A stretch of 64,000 nucleotides of DNA from Flavobacteriales bacterium (GCA_964230215.1 CAXRGQ010000006.1:475652-539651); one strand, 5' to 3'; counted from the stretch's first letter, positions 50,461 through 58,658 are shown. The notes: generated by a model not told the origin, from the sequence alone. Translations and numbers: made by a program.

Positions 50461-51739
50461 ACTTATTAATTTCCCACCTAACTTCAGGTGCTGTTATTCC
50501 GGCTAACAAAACATTCTGTCTGGTGCCAGAGCTAGTCATTTTTTCAAGATTAATCTCCAATACATTGCTAATTTTAAACAGTTGTTTAACATTCGGAACA
50601 CCGGCCTGCAATTGAACTATATAAGATCCTTGATTGAAGAAGTTTTTAGGCAAGATTGCACTAATTGAATACTCTCCGATTGGCTTAACAATATCATCAA
50701 CATCATGACTACTAGTGACAAATAACACCACTTGATTTCTATCCATCACAGTAATGTTAAACCTCATATCTCTTATTTCAGAGAGTATTTTATAGTCTAC
50801 CCTAATTTCAATTTCATGATGTGTTGAAAATGTTTCATTAATCTTACCCTCATGATTACGCGCACTAACTTGAACAATTTGCAATTCATTGGTTGTAGCT
50901 TCCTTAGGAATAAAAATTCCTTCTCTACCTGTGTTAGTGTTTTCTTGGTTCAAATAATAATCAATTGCCTTATCTGTATCTCCAGTAAAAACCAATCTTC
51001 CATTATTAAGCACACAGCAGCGTGTACAAAGATTTCTAATACTGGACATATTGTGGCTAACAAAAAGCACTGTTCTGCCCTCTGAAGAGCTCACGTCCTT
51101 CATTTTACCGATGGCCTTTTTCTGAAATTCAGCATCTCCAACTGCCAAAACCTCATCTACAATTAAAATTTCAGGTTCTAAAAATGCAGCCACGGCAAAC
51201 CCCAAGCGCACTCGCATTCCTGAAGAAAATCTTTTCACAGGTGTATCGACATATTTCAAACAGCCCGCAAAATCAACAATTTCGTCAAATTTACTCGCAA
51301 TCTCTTGCTTATTCATTCCCATTATTGCACCGTTCAAATAAATATTTTCCCGTGCGGTCATATCGGGATGCATCCCCGTTCCAACTTCTAATAATGATGC
51401 AATTCTTCCATTTGCCTTGATAGCCCCTTTTGTTGGAGATGTAATTTGCGAAATCAATTTTAACAAAGTGGATTTACCGGCACCATTTCTACCAATAATT
51501 CCTACAACTTCTCCTTGCTTAACCTCCAAGTTTATATCGTTTAAAACCAGAGCATAACCGCTATCTGACTTTTTCGTTCTATCATTCTCTTCACCTACCA
51601 GACTAAACGGGTCCTCTTTGCCTCTAATTCTAGCCCACCATCGGTTGAGATCACTTGATATTGTCCCCGTTCCAATTTCTCCTAGTTTATACTGTTTGTA
51701 TAAATGCTCTATTTTCAATGCAACTTTAGTCATAGACAA
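50453..51739 (-). CDS. wzt: O-polysaccharide/teichoic-type ABC exporter ATP-binding protein with C-terminal extension (Wzt)
   Basis: 428 aa. Walker A GRNGAGKST, signature FSSGMRVRL and Walker B ILIVDEV. About 170 extra C-terminal residues resemble the beta-sandwich Wzt_C glycan-cap-binding domain. Confidence 0.88.
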   Translation of the reverse strand: MSMTKVALKIEHLYKQYKLGEIGTGTISSDLNRWWARIRGKEDPFSLVGEENDRTKKSDSGYALVLNDINLEVKQGEVVGIIGRNGAGKSTLLKLISQITSPTKGAIKANGRIASLLEVGTGMHPDMTARENIYLNGAIMGMNKQEIASKFDEIVDFAGCLKYVDTPVKRFSSGMRVRLGFAVAAFLEPEILIVDEVLAVGDAEFQKKAIGKMKDVSSSEGRTVLFVSHNMSSIRNLCTRCCVLNNGRLVFTGDTDKAIDYYLNQENTNTGREGIFIPKEATTNELQIVQVSARNHEGKINETFSTHHEIEIRVDYKILSEIRDMRFNITVMDRNQVVLFVTSSHDVDDIVKPIGEYSISAILPKNFFNQGSYIVQLQAGVPNVKQLFKISNVLEINLEKMTSSGTRQNVLLAGITAPEVRWEINKYD

Positions 51740-51746
51740 ATCATGA

Positions 51747-52592
51747 TTATACAGTATCTACAAAGTTTTTCTCGGTTCTACTGAAAACAATGACACCCAA
51801 AAGTAAAATAACGAATGCACATATAGAGGCATAAGCAATTCCTTGAAAAGAGAACTCTCCTTTTGCAAGAAACGCGTATTTAAAGGTCTCAACGATATGT
51901 GCCATTGGATTCAAGCTAATAATCGTTTTTAATTTCCCCTCTACCATGCTCATCGGATAAATAATTGGTGTTGCATACATAAGAAGTTGCACACCAAACT
52001 GCAATAAGAACTTTAAATCCCTGTACTTTGTAGTTAGAGATGTAAATATCAATCCAAAGCCAAGGCCCAGCGCAGCCATAAGAACCACCAAATAAGGAAC
52101 AACTATAACCGATTCATTTAAATACACCTCACCACCATTAATCGCATAATACGCATACACTGCCGCGAAGAGTAAAAATTGTATCCCAAACTTTATAAGC
52201 CCTGACATTACCACAGACAAGGGCACAATTAGTCTTGGAAAATATACCTTACCAAACATATCCTGATTTTTACCAAAGGTATCTGAGGTCTGGATGAAAC
52301 ATTCTGAAAAATAATTCCAGATAATAATACCACACAAATAAAACAATGGTTTTGGAATGCCATCAGATGGTAATCCTGCAATATTCCCAAATATGACTAT
52401 ATACACCGCCATGGTCATTATTGGCTGTACCACATACCAAATGGGGCCCAGAATCGTTTGTTTATAAACGGTGATTATGTCTCGTTTAACAAATAAAAAA
52501 AGTAAATCCTTGTACCTGTATACTTCTTTGAAATTAACATCAAAGACTTTCTTTTTAGGCTCTATGATTATATCCCACTTATTTTTCTCCAT
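51747..52592 (-). CDS. wzm: ABC-2 type polysaccharide export permease (Wzm)
   Basis: 281 aa with 6 TM segments. The N-terminal motif RDIITVYKQTILGPIWYVVQP is typical of the ABC-2/Wzm family, and the gene lies directly upstream of wzt. Confidence 0.88.
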   Translation of the reverse strand: MEKNKWDIIIEPKKKVFDVNFKEVYRYKDLLFLFVKRDIITVYKQTILGPIWYVVQPIMTMAVYIVIFGNIAGLPSDGIPKPLFYLCGIIIWNYFSECFIQTSDTFGKNQDMFGKVYFPRLIVPLSVVMSGLIKFGIQFLLFAAVYAYYAINGGEVYLNESVIVVPYLVVLMAALGLGFGLIFTSLTTKYRDLKFLLQFGVQLLMYATPIIYPMSMVEGKLKTIISLNPMAHIVETFKYAFLAKGEFSFQGIAYASICAFVILLLGVIVFSRTEKNFVDTV

Positions 52593-52780
52593 CCTATCAG
52601 AGTCCTTTTTCTTGGTGACACAAAGGTAATGATTTCTTATACCCTAAAACCAAGAAGCAATAATAACTAATTTATAGCTCATCTATAGTTAATTTGGTGC
52701 TCACTCGTCTCACGCAAATTGCAGTTTACTGCTTTAATTCTGATGTTAGTCAAATATAATCCAGTTTTCATGTATGTTTT

Positions 52781-52811
52781 TTTGTGGTCAGGTATATATG
52801 ACCTATATTTG
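52781..52811 (+). promoter_or_regulatory. Candidate Bacteroidota sigma-A promoter
   Basis: TTTG (52781-52784), 19 nt, then TATATTTG (52804-52811). This matches -33 TTTG / -7 TAnnTTTG and sits 50 nt upstream of the ATG at 52861. Confidence 0.4.
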
Positions 52812-52860
52812 ATTATCGTGACAATAAACTGCTTTTACAGAATTATATAATTCAAACACT

Positions 52861-55581
52861 ATGAAAAATTCTACTTACTCAATTCATTTTTTCTCAACCA
52901 TCGCACTACTGTGTGTTTCGCTGTTTGCAAATGCAGGTACGTTTACCAGTCATACATCAGGTAACTGGAATGCAGGTGCTGCCGTTTGGACAATTGTTGG
53001 TGATGCTGATGGAATTCCTGATGCAGATGATGATATAATTATTACATCCGGCACAACCGTTATATGGGGCCAGACCACAACGCAATTTTGCAGAGACTTG
53101 ACTGTGAATGCAGGTGGAGTACTTCAGGGAAAAAACAACTTTAGTAGAACCTTAAGAATTCATGGGAATCATGTGAACAATGGAACTGAAACCTTGGCAG
53201 GGACAATATTTTACATGGGGAGTGGAACTACCATTTCTGGTTCAGGAACATTTTCAACATTATATAATTGGGCTTTCTTAACAGATAGAACTTTGTTAGC
53301 TGGAGCAACCGTATCCAAAGGAAGATGGATTAGACTGTATAACGGTGCTGACTTCACAAACCGCGGCACACTTACTTGTCAAAGTTCAGTTATTGCTTAC
53401 AACGCAGCCAGTGTCTTTACGAATGAAAACAACTTAACTATAAGAGCGTCTAATTTTATGACAACAGGTACGTTTAATTCTCACTTTGTTGGAAATACGG
53501 TTACGCTGCACTGGAATCCAGCAATCACAGGAAATGAAAACATTCCCAATCCATCTGCAGGATACTATAATGTAATAGTCAATGCTTCTTCATCACACTA
53601 CAAGTTTACTGCAGATATGATTATTGCCAATGATCTTACTATAAACAACACATCTCCTGTTTTAAATTTTGATGTATTCGATTTGAATATTGGTGGAGAT
53701 TGGACGAACAACGGTGGGTCATTGACAAGTGCAGGAAGTAGCACTATCACCTTTGATGGGAGTGGAACACAAGTTATATCACATGGTACAAATCCACAGC
53801 AAGGATTGTTTACCACCATAATTGATATCAACTCGACTTTGCAATTAAATACAGATTTAAATATAAATGGAGATTTCACAGTGCTTGGAGCTATGGATGC
53901 TACTGCAGCTAACCACAACGTAACAGTAAATGGTGATGTAAATATCACTGGTACCTTGGACATGCAAAATGGAGAGTTCACTTTCAATGGGTCGTCAGCT
54001 CAAACAATGGATGCTAGTGGAACGATTAACTTTTATGATTTAACAATTCAGAACTCAAGTACTGGTGTAACCCTAAATACTGGAACTTATACTATCGATA
54101 ATAATGTTGTAGTAAATGATGGAGGATTAAACACGAATGGTAATGGATTTACATTATTAGCGAATGGCACACAATCTGCTCGAATTAGATTCATCAACGC
54201 TGGTACATCTATTACTGGAAATGTTACGCTGCAAAGAAACCTTCCAGCAGGAAGCGCAGATTACAGAGACTTATCTAATCCATTTACTGGTGGCATTGAT
54301 TTCAGTCAATGGGATGATGACTTAATTATTAGTGGAACTGGATTCCCTGATGGATGCGCATACGGCGGTGGATGTTTTGCCTCTATTAAGACTTTTGATG
54401 CTTTTTCGCAAACGTATAGTGACGTAACTAACGTAACCGATCCTATGGAGAACTCTATTGGGTATGAAGCTTTCCTTGGTGATGATTTGAACACTTTTAG
54501 CGGTGTACAACTTGATGTAACTGGGACAGTAAATGGTGCTGCTGGTTTCTTACAAAATGTGAGAGCCGGTTGGAATTTGGTAGGAAACCCTTACGCATGT
54601 GAAATTGATTGGCACAGTATGTCATTAGGTGCTGGTGTGGGTGATTTCTTTTACATCTATGATAGCGGAACAGGGAATTTTGAATATTATGAGGTAACTG
54701 GTCCTGGCACAGGAACAGCGTCTGGTAACATTAACACTAATGGTATTATCGCATCAATGCAAGGATTTTGGGTTAATACTAACTCTAATACCAATTTAGT
54801 ATTCGGTCAATCATCAAAAACTGAAGCCAGTGTAGATTTTGTAAGAAGTACTGGTACAATTGATAGAGACCAATTGGCTATCACAATCAAAAATAATGAC
54901 AACGATTATAGCTGTAAGTCTACTGTTAGATTTGATGCGTTAGCAATTGATAACACAGATGATTATGATGTTCCAATGTTTAGAGGACCTGAGCGACCAA
55001 CGGTTCGCAAAAGCCCGTTGCTTTTCTTCAGAAATAGTGATGGTACTGACGTAAGACTCAATGCGCTTAATTACGATTATGCTATCAGCAAAACTATTGA
55101 TGTATGGATGAATACTGAAATAGATGGAAGGTTTACAATTTCAGCTAATGACGTTGATGTATTTGGGACTTATAAGTGTGTGTTCCTAAATGACAAGTTT
55201 ACTGGAGAATCGGTGAACCTAAGAAAATCTGATTATACTTTTACACAACTTGCAAGCACTGAAGATTTGGATCGTTTTGAAATACTATTGTCAAATGAAT
55301 CCAATTGTGATATTGAAGAAATTGCTTCTTTAGATGATAATTCACTTGATTATGTAATTGGTTATTCCGAAGAATTCGTTAGAGTTACATTGTTTGAAGA
55401 TCAATCTTCAATTACCACTACGAGTATTAAAGTATTCAATATGCTTGGCGAACTTGTTGAAGTTGCTACATTCTCAGGAAATACATTCGATATTAATAAA
55501 TCTAACTTGAGTCCTGGTATGTATATTGTTCAAATGAATAATGGCTTAGCTGAATCTTCTGCCAAGTTTGTAATTAAGTAG
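52861..55581 (+). CDS. Large secreted protein with T9SS C-terminal sorting domain (adhesin-like, probable beta-helix repeats)
   Basis: 906 aa with a signal peptide (LLCVSLFANAG). The body is Thr/Asn/Gly-rich and repetitive. The C-terminal CTD reads IKVFNMLGELVEV...LSPGMYIVQMNNGLAESSAKFVIK. Confidence 0.82.
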   Translation: MKNSTYSIHFFSTIALLCVSLFANAGTFTSHTSGNWNAGAAVWTIVGDADGIPDADDDIIITSGTTVIWGQTTTQFCRDLTVNAGGVLQGKNNFSRTLRIHGNHVNNGTETLAGTIFYMGSGTTISGSGTFSTLYNWAFLTDRTLLAGATVSKGRWIRLYNGADFTNRGTLTCQSSVIAYNAASVFTNENNLTIRASNFMTTGTFNSHFVGNTVTLHWNPAITGNENIPNPSAGYYNVIVNASSSHYKFTADMIIANDLTINNTSPVLNFDVFDLNIGGDWTNNGGSLTSAGSSTITFDGSGTQVISHGTNPQQGLFTTIIDINSTLQLNTDLNINGDFTVLGAMDATAANHNVTVNGDVNITGTLDMQNGEFTFNGSSAQTMDASGTINFYDLTIQNSSTGVTLNTGTYTIDNNVVVNDGGLNTNGNGFTLLANGTQSARIRFINAGTSITGNVTLQRNLPAGSADYRDLSNPFTGGIDFSQWDDDLIISGTGFPDGCAYGGGCFASIKTFDAFSQTYSDVTNVTDPMENSIGYEAFLGDDLNTFSGVQLDVTGTVNGAAGFLQNVRAGWNLVGNPYACEIDWHSMSLGAGVGDFFYIYDSGTGNFEYYEVTGPGTGTASGNINTNGIIASMQGFWVNTNSNTNLVFGQSSKTEASVDFVRSTGTIDRDQLAITIKNNDNDYSCKSTVRFDALAIDNTDDYDVPMFRGPERPTVRKSPLLFFRNSDGTDVRLNALNYDYAISKTIDVWMNTEIDGRFTISANDVDVFGTYKCVFLNDKFTGESVNLRKSDYTFTQLASTEDLDRFEILLSNESNCDIEEIASLDDNSLDYVIGYSEEFVRVTLFEDQSSITTTSIKVFNMLGELVEVATFSGNTFDINKSNLSPGMYIVQMNNGLAESSAKFVIK

Positions 55582-55603
55582 ACTCACGACATAACTTATA
55601 ATG

Positions 55604-55636
55604 AATGAGCCACCGGATGATATCCGGTGGCTCATT
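55604..55636. terminator. Strong hairpin between convergent genes (probable bidirectional terminator)
   Basis: AATGAGCCACCGGA-TGATA-TCCGGTGGCTCATT is a perfect 14-bp stem. It begins 23 nt after the 906-aa gene's stop codon, and there is no clear U-tract. Confidence 0.6.
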
Positions 55637-55881
55637 AGTTAATTAACCACTAACTACTCGCACCTTAACAGTTATAGTAACCATTATTTATCGTTTTACG
55701 CAACGAAACTGAATACCCAGCTTATAATCTTATTTAACAGAAATTCGGCCAGGCTATTTAAGTATAATGCTTAGATGATTCAAACTCTTACTATAGCTAT
55801 CAATTATCATAATCCATTACGCTCATAAATCATGTCTCACGATTATATAGTCATGATCGGTAGATTTAGTGTTGTTAGGGA

Positions 55882-58266
55882 TTAATCATCACTGTAATCG
55901 CCGTAGCCATAACCATAGCCATAACCATAGCCATAACCATATCCGTAGCCATACTTACCATAGTATTTTTGCCACCTTGAGACCTTTACCCCATTTAGGA
56001 CAATTCCACAATTCTTGAGTTTGTTTTTGCTTACCAAAGTTTCAACAAAAGCAATTTCTTTTTTTCTCGTGTTATTGGTATTAAAAACAAAAATATTTGC
56101 ATCAACTTTGTTCATTAAAGATATTGCATCTGATATTAGACCGACGGGAGGCGTGTCAACAATAACATAGTCATAATTGTCGCTACCATAAGCAATCAAT
56201 TCATCTATTTTATCATTCATGATTAATTCAGATGGATTAGGAGGCACAGGACCACAAAAAACAACATCTAAATTAGGTTCATCTGAACTTATTATAATTT
56301 CATCTAAACTACTTTTCCCGATAATAAACGTGCTGATTCCAATATCAACTTTTTCTTTGAAAGCTCTGTAAATTCTAGGCTTATGCATGTCCAGCTCAAT
56401 AAGCAACACCTTCTTATTAGCCCTTGCAATGATTGTAGCCAAATTAAGTGCACAAAACGTTTTTCCTTCCCCTGGAGCAACAGAAGTAATTAATATCGTC
56501 TTCTTGTTAGATTTATCGCTTCTGGATGCTCCAAAATATTGCAGATTTGTTCGAATAGACCGGAATGACTCTGATAATTGAGACTTAGAGTCAGAAGACA
56601 TTAACTGATAATCTAATGCTGATTTATCAGTATTTTTAAATACCTGACCTATTACAGGTAAGCTGGTCACATCTGATAACTCTCCGAGATTTGATATTTT
56701 TCTGTAAAATGTTTCCCTCACAAAAGCGATTACTGCAGCAATAATAAATCCAGCACCTATGAAAATCATCAAAAATTTATTTCTATTTGGTGCCATTTGT
56801 CCTGCTGAACGCGCTCGCTCAATCACTTTAGTTTCAGGAATAATACCTGCCTTTGCTATTACCGTACTTGCCCTTTTTTCCAACAAATACATGTAAAGCT
56901 TATGATTGACATCCAGCTTTCGCGTAATATTTAACAAGCCTCTCTGCTTTAGGGGCATCCTAGAAAGGTTAGCTTCTATTTTTCCAATTTCCTGTGAAAC
57001 AGTATTCAATCTTGACTCAAGTGCTTTTTTGGTATTTATTATGTATTCAAGTACGTTGTCCTTTAAATCAGATATTTGAACATTAATCTGTAAGATTTTG
57101 GTAGATGAGTCTGTAAACGACCTTTTTGCTTCAATTCTTTTATTTTGCAAATCATAGAACTCCGATATCCGAGTAGACAAAAACTCATCATCAGAATTGA
57201 TATAAACGGAGCTAGGTAGAAGTATGTCAGAGGTTGGGACTATGTTCAATATGTAGCTTTCTAACGTCCGTAAATCATTAATTTTAAGTCTAACCAATCG
57301 CGACTCATCTTGATACTTTATTAGATTATCGAAATGAATAGCTTCTTCACGATCTAAATCAAGGATTGACTTGTTTTCTTTATAAATATCCAGAGTATCC
57401 TCAATCTCATTTAGTACACCTATCACCTCATTTAGCTGTTTATCGATATAATGTAAAGTACTATCGTTCCTCTCAATTTTGGACTCCAATGTATAATCAA
57501 TGTATACTTTAGATAACTCATCTAGAAACTGCACCCCTCTTTGTGGAATTTCATCCAAAACAAGCAACTCTAGTATATTGGTGTACTCAACGTTGGTTAC
57601 CGTTAGGTTGGACAAATACTTTCCAACAAGATCTGCCTTTGATCTTATCTGTATGTAATAATCAACTTTTTTATGTGTTTCAAGACGGTCACTTGTAAAG
57701 TCATTAGTTTTCTTTGGAATTACCTCAAAATATTTAAGATTGTTCACCGTCTCGAACAATGCATATTCCTCAATTTTATTACCACCTATTTCATAGCTGA
57801 GTTTTATTTTGTCCTCATCTATTATTTTAACGTCTATCTTTTTTCCATATATCGCCTTGTTGACGACATTTACGTCTAATTTATATGGCAAGCCTACCCA
57901 TACCTCCTGACTTTTAACTCTACCTTCAATGTAATATGCTACCTCAAAATCAAGACGATCTAATGCCCTCTCTATTAAATCCCGTGATTTTATTACACGG
58001 CTTTGATTTTGCATATCCGAATAAATGTCGCCATATCCAATTGACCGATAAATGTTGTTTTGATAATCGTAGACATCCGATGACTTTACCAATATCTGAG
58101 TCTTTGCACCATAAATATCCACCATTTGATATGTGTAGAGATATCCTAGCAGACCGGCAAACAAGGGAATTGTACAAAGTAGCCATAAATTCCTGATTAA
58201 AGTCCTAAAAAGAACAGCCAAATCCTTGGCCGACAATATATTGTTATCCTGCTTATCCTTCATCAC
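55882..58266 (-). CDS. wzc: Polysaccharide co-polymerase / tyrosine autokinase (Wzc-type, PCP2a)
   Basis: 794 aa. It has an N-terminal TM, a periplasmic coiled-coil Wzz/GNVR-like region and a second TM (FLMIFIGAGFIIAAVIAFV). The BY-kinase domain carries Walker A SVAPGEGKT, Walker A' LLIELDMHKP and Walker B YVIVDTPP. The tail is Tyr-rich: YYGKYGYGYGYGYGYGYGYGYGDYSDD. Confidence 0.9.
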   Translation of the reverse strand: MMKDKQDNNILSAKDLAVLFRTLIRNLWLLCTIPLFAGLLGYLYTYQMVDIYGAKTQILVKSSDVYDYQNNIYRSIGYGDIYSDMQNQSRVIKSRDLIERALDRLDFEVAYYIEGRVKSQEVWVGLPYKLDVNVVNKAIYGKKIDVKIIDEDKIKLSYEIGGNKIEEYALFETVNNLKYFEVIPKKTNDFTSDRLETHKKVDYYIQIRSKADLVGKYLSNLTVTNVEYTNILELLVLDEIPQRGVQFLDELSKVYIDYTLESKIERNDSTLHYIDKQLNEVIGVLNEIEDTLDIYKENKSILDLDREEAIHFDNLIKYQDESRLVRLKINDLRTLESYILNIVPTSDILLPSSVYINSDDEFLSTRISEFYDLQNKRIEAKRSFTDSSTKILQINVQISDLKDNVLEYIINTKKALESRLNTVSQEIGKIEANLSRMPLKQRGLLNITRKLDVNHKLYMYLLEKRASTVIAKAGIIPETKVIERARSAGQMAPNRNKFLMIFIGAGFIIAAVIAFVRETFYRKISNLGELSDVTSLPVIGQVFKNTDKSALDYQLMSSDSKSQLSESFRSIRTNLQYFGASRSDKSNKKTILITSVAPGEGKTFCALNLATIIARANKKVLLIELDMHKPRIYRAFKEKVDIGISTFIIGKSSLDEIIISSDEPNLDVVFCGPVPPNPSELIMNDKIDELIAYGSDNYDYVIVDTPPVGLISDAISLMNKVDANIFVFNTNNTRKKEIAFVETLVSKNKLKNCGIVLNGVKVSRWQKYYGKYGYGYGYGYGYGYGYGYGDYSDD
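55900..55953 (-). repeat. In-frame tandem repeat encoding (YG)9 in the wzc 3' end
   Basis: The 54-nt tract contains three perfect consecutive copies of GCCATAACCATA (plus strand), flanked by degenerate copies (GCCGTAGCCATA upstream as part of the tract, TCCGTAGCCATA downstream). Confidence 0.9.
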
Positions 58267-58397
58267 GCGGGTTGCAAACCTACAAAAATAAGTCGTTTAC
58301 TAGGTTTGTCCTATTTTTGTTGCACTTTATGATGAAAATATTACTTCTGATGGATAAAATGAGGTGGTGATATGATATATTTATATATTTGTACTCA

Positions 58398-58640
58398 ATG
58401 AAGTGGATTAAATTAATCGGAATTGTAGTTGTACTTGTTGTAAGTACACAATTACTTCAGGCTCAGCCAGCCGGAGGAGGACCAGGTGGACCACCCGCTG
58501 GAGGACCGCCACCTTGTTGGCCACCACCCTGCGTTCCAGTAGACGGTGGACTAGGCTTCTTAATAGCTGCAGGTGTGGCTTTAGGAGGAAAAAAACTTTA
58601 CGACCTTAGAAAAAATAACAATAACGAAAAGTTGAGCTAG
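58398..58640 (+). CDS. Small secreted Pro/Gly-rich protein with C-terminal exosortase-type sorting signal (candidate XrtF substrate)
   Basis: 80 aa from the ATG at 58398 (the track starts at the TTG at 58389). The parts are signal peptide MKWIKLIGIVVVLVVSTQLLQA, QPAGGGPGGPPAGGPPPCWPPPC, motif VPVDGG, hydrophobic LGFLIAAGVALGG and basic tail KKLYDLRK. A terminator hairpin follows. Confidence 0.75.
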   Translation: MKWIKLIGIVVVLVVSTQLLQAQPAGGGPGGPPAGGPPPCWPPPCVPVDGGLGFLIAAGVALGGKKLYDLRKNNNNEKLS

Positions 58641-58655
58641 TCTCAACTTTTTTTT
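58629..58655 (+). terminator. Rho-independent terminator/attenuator between the small gene and xrtF
   Basis: AAGTTGAG-CTAGT-CTCAACTT followed by TTTTTT. The stop codon TAG lies in the loop, and the xrtF ATG is 3 nt after the T-tract. Confidence 0.7.
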
Positions 58656-58658
58656 CGC

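Noticed and set aside
55900-55953. Short tandem repeat considered as a possible CRISPR or mobile-element remnant.
   Set aside because: It has a 12-nt unit with no spacers, is in frame, and lies inside the wzc 3' end, where it encodes the Tyr-Gly tail. It is a coding microsatellite and not a CRISPR array.
19593-58266. Glycan locus considered as a classical genomic island or integrative element.
   Set aside because: I found no integrase, transposase, tRNA attachment site or flanking direct repeats. Only the compositional shift supports horizontal origin, so I report it as a variable glycan locus and not as a mobile element.
58389-58397. TTG start at 58389 for the small Pro/Gly-rich gene (MYS-MKW...).
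   Set aside because: The ATG at 58398 gives a canonical signal-peptide n-region (MKWIK). The TTG extension adds three residues and overlaps a TAnnTTTG-like box (58384-58391). I could not find a matching -33 element, so no promoter is called.
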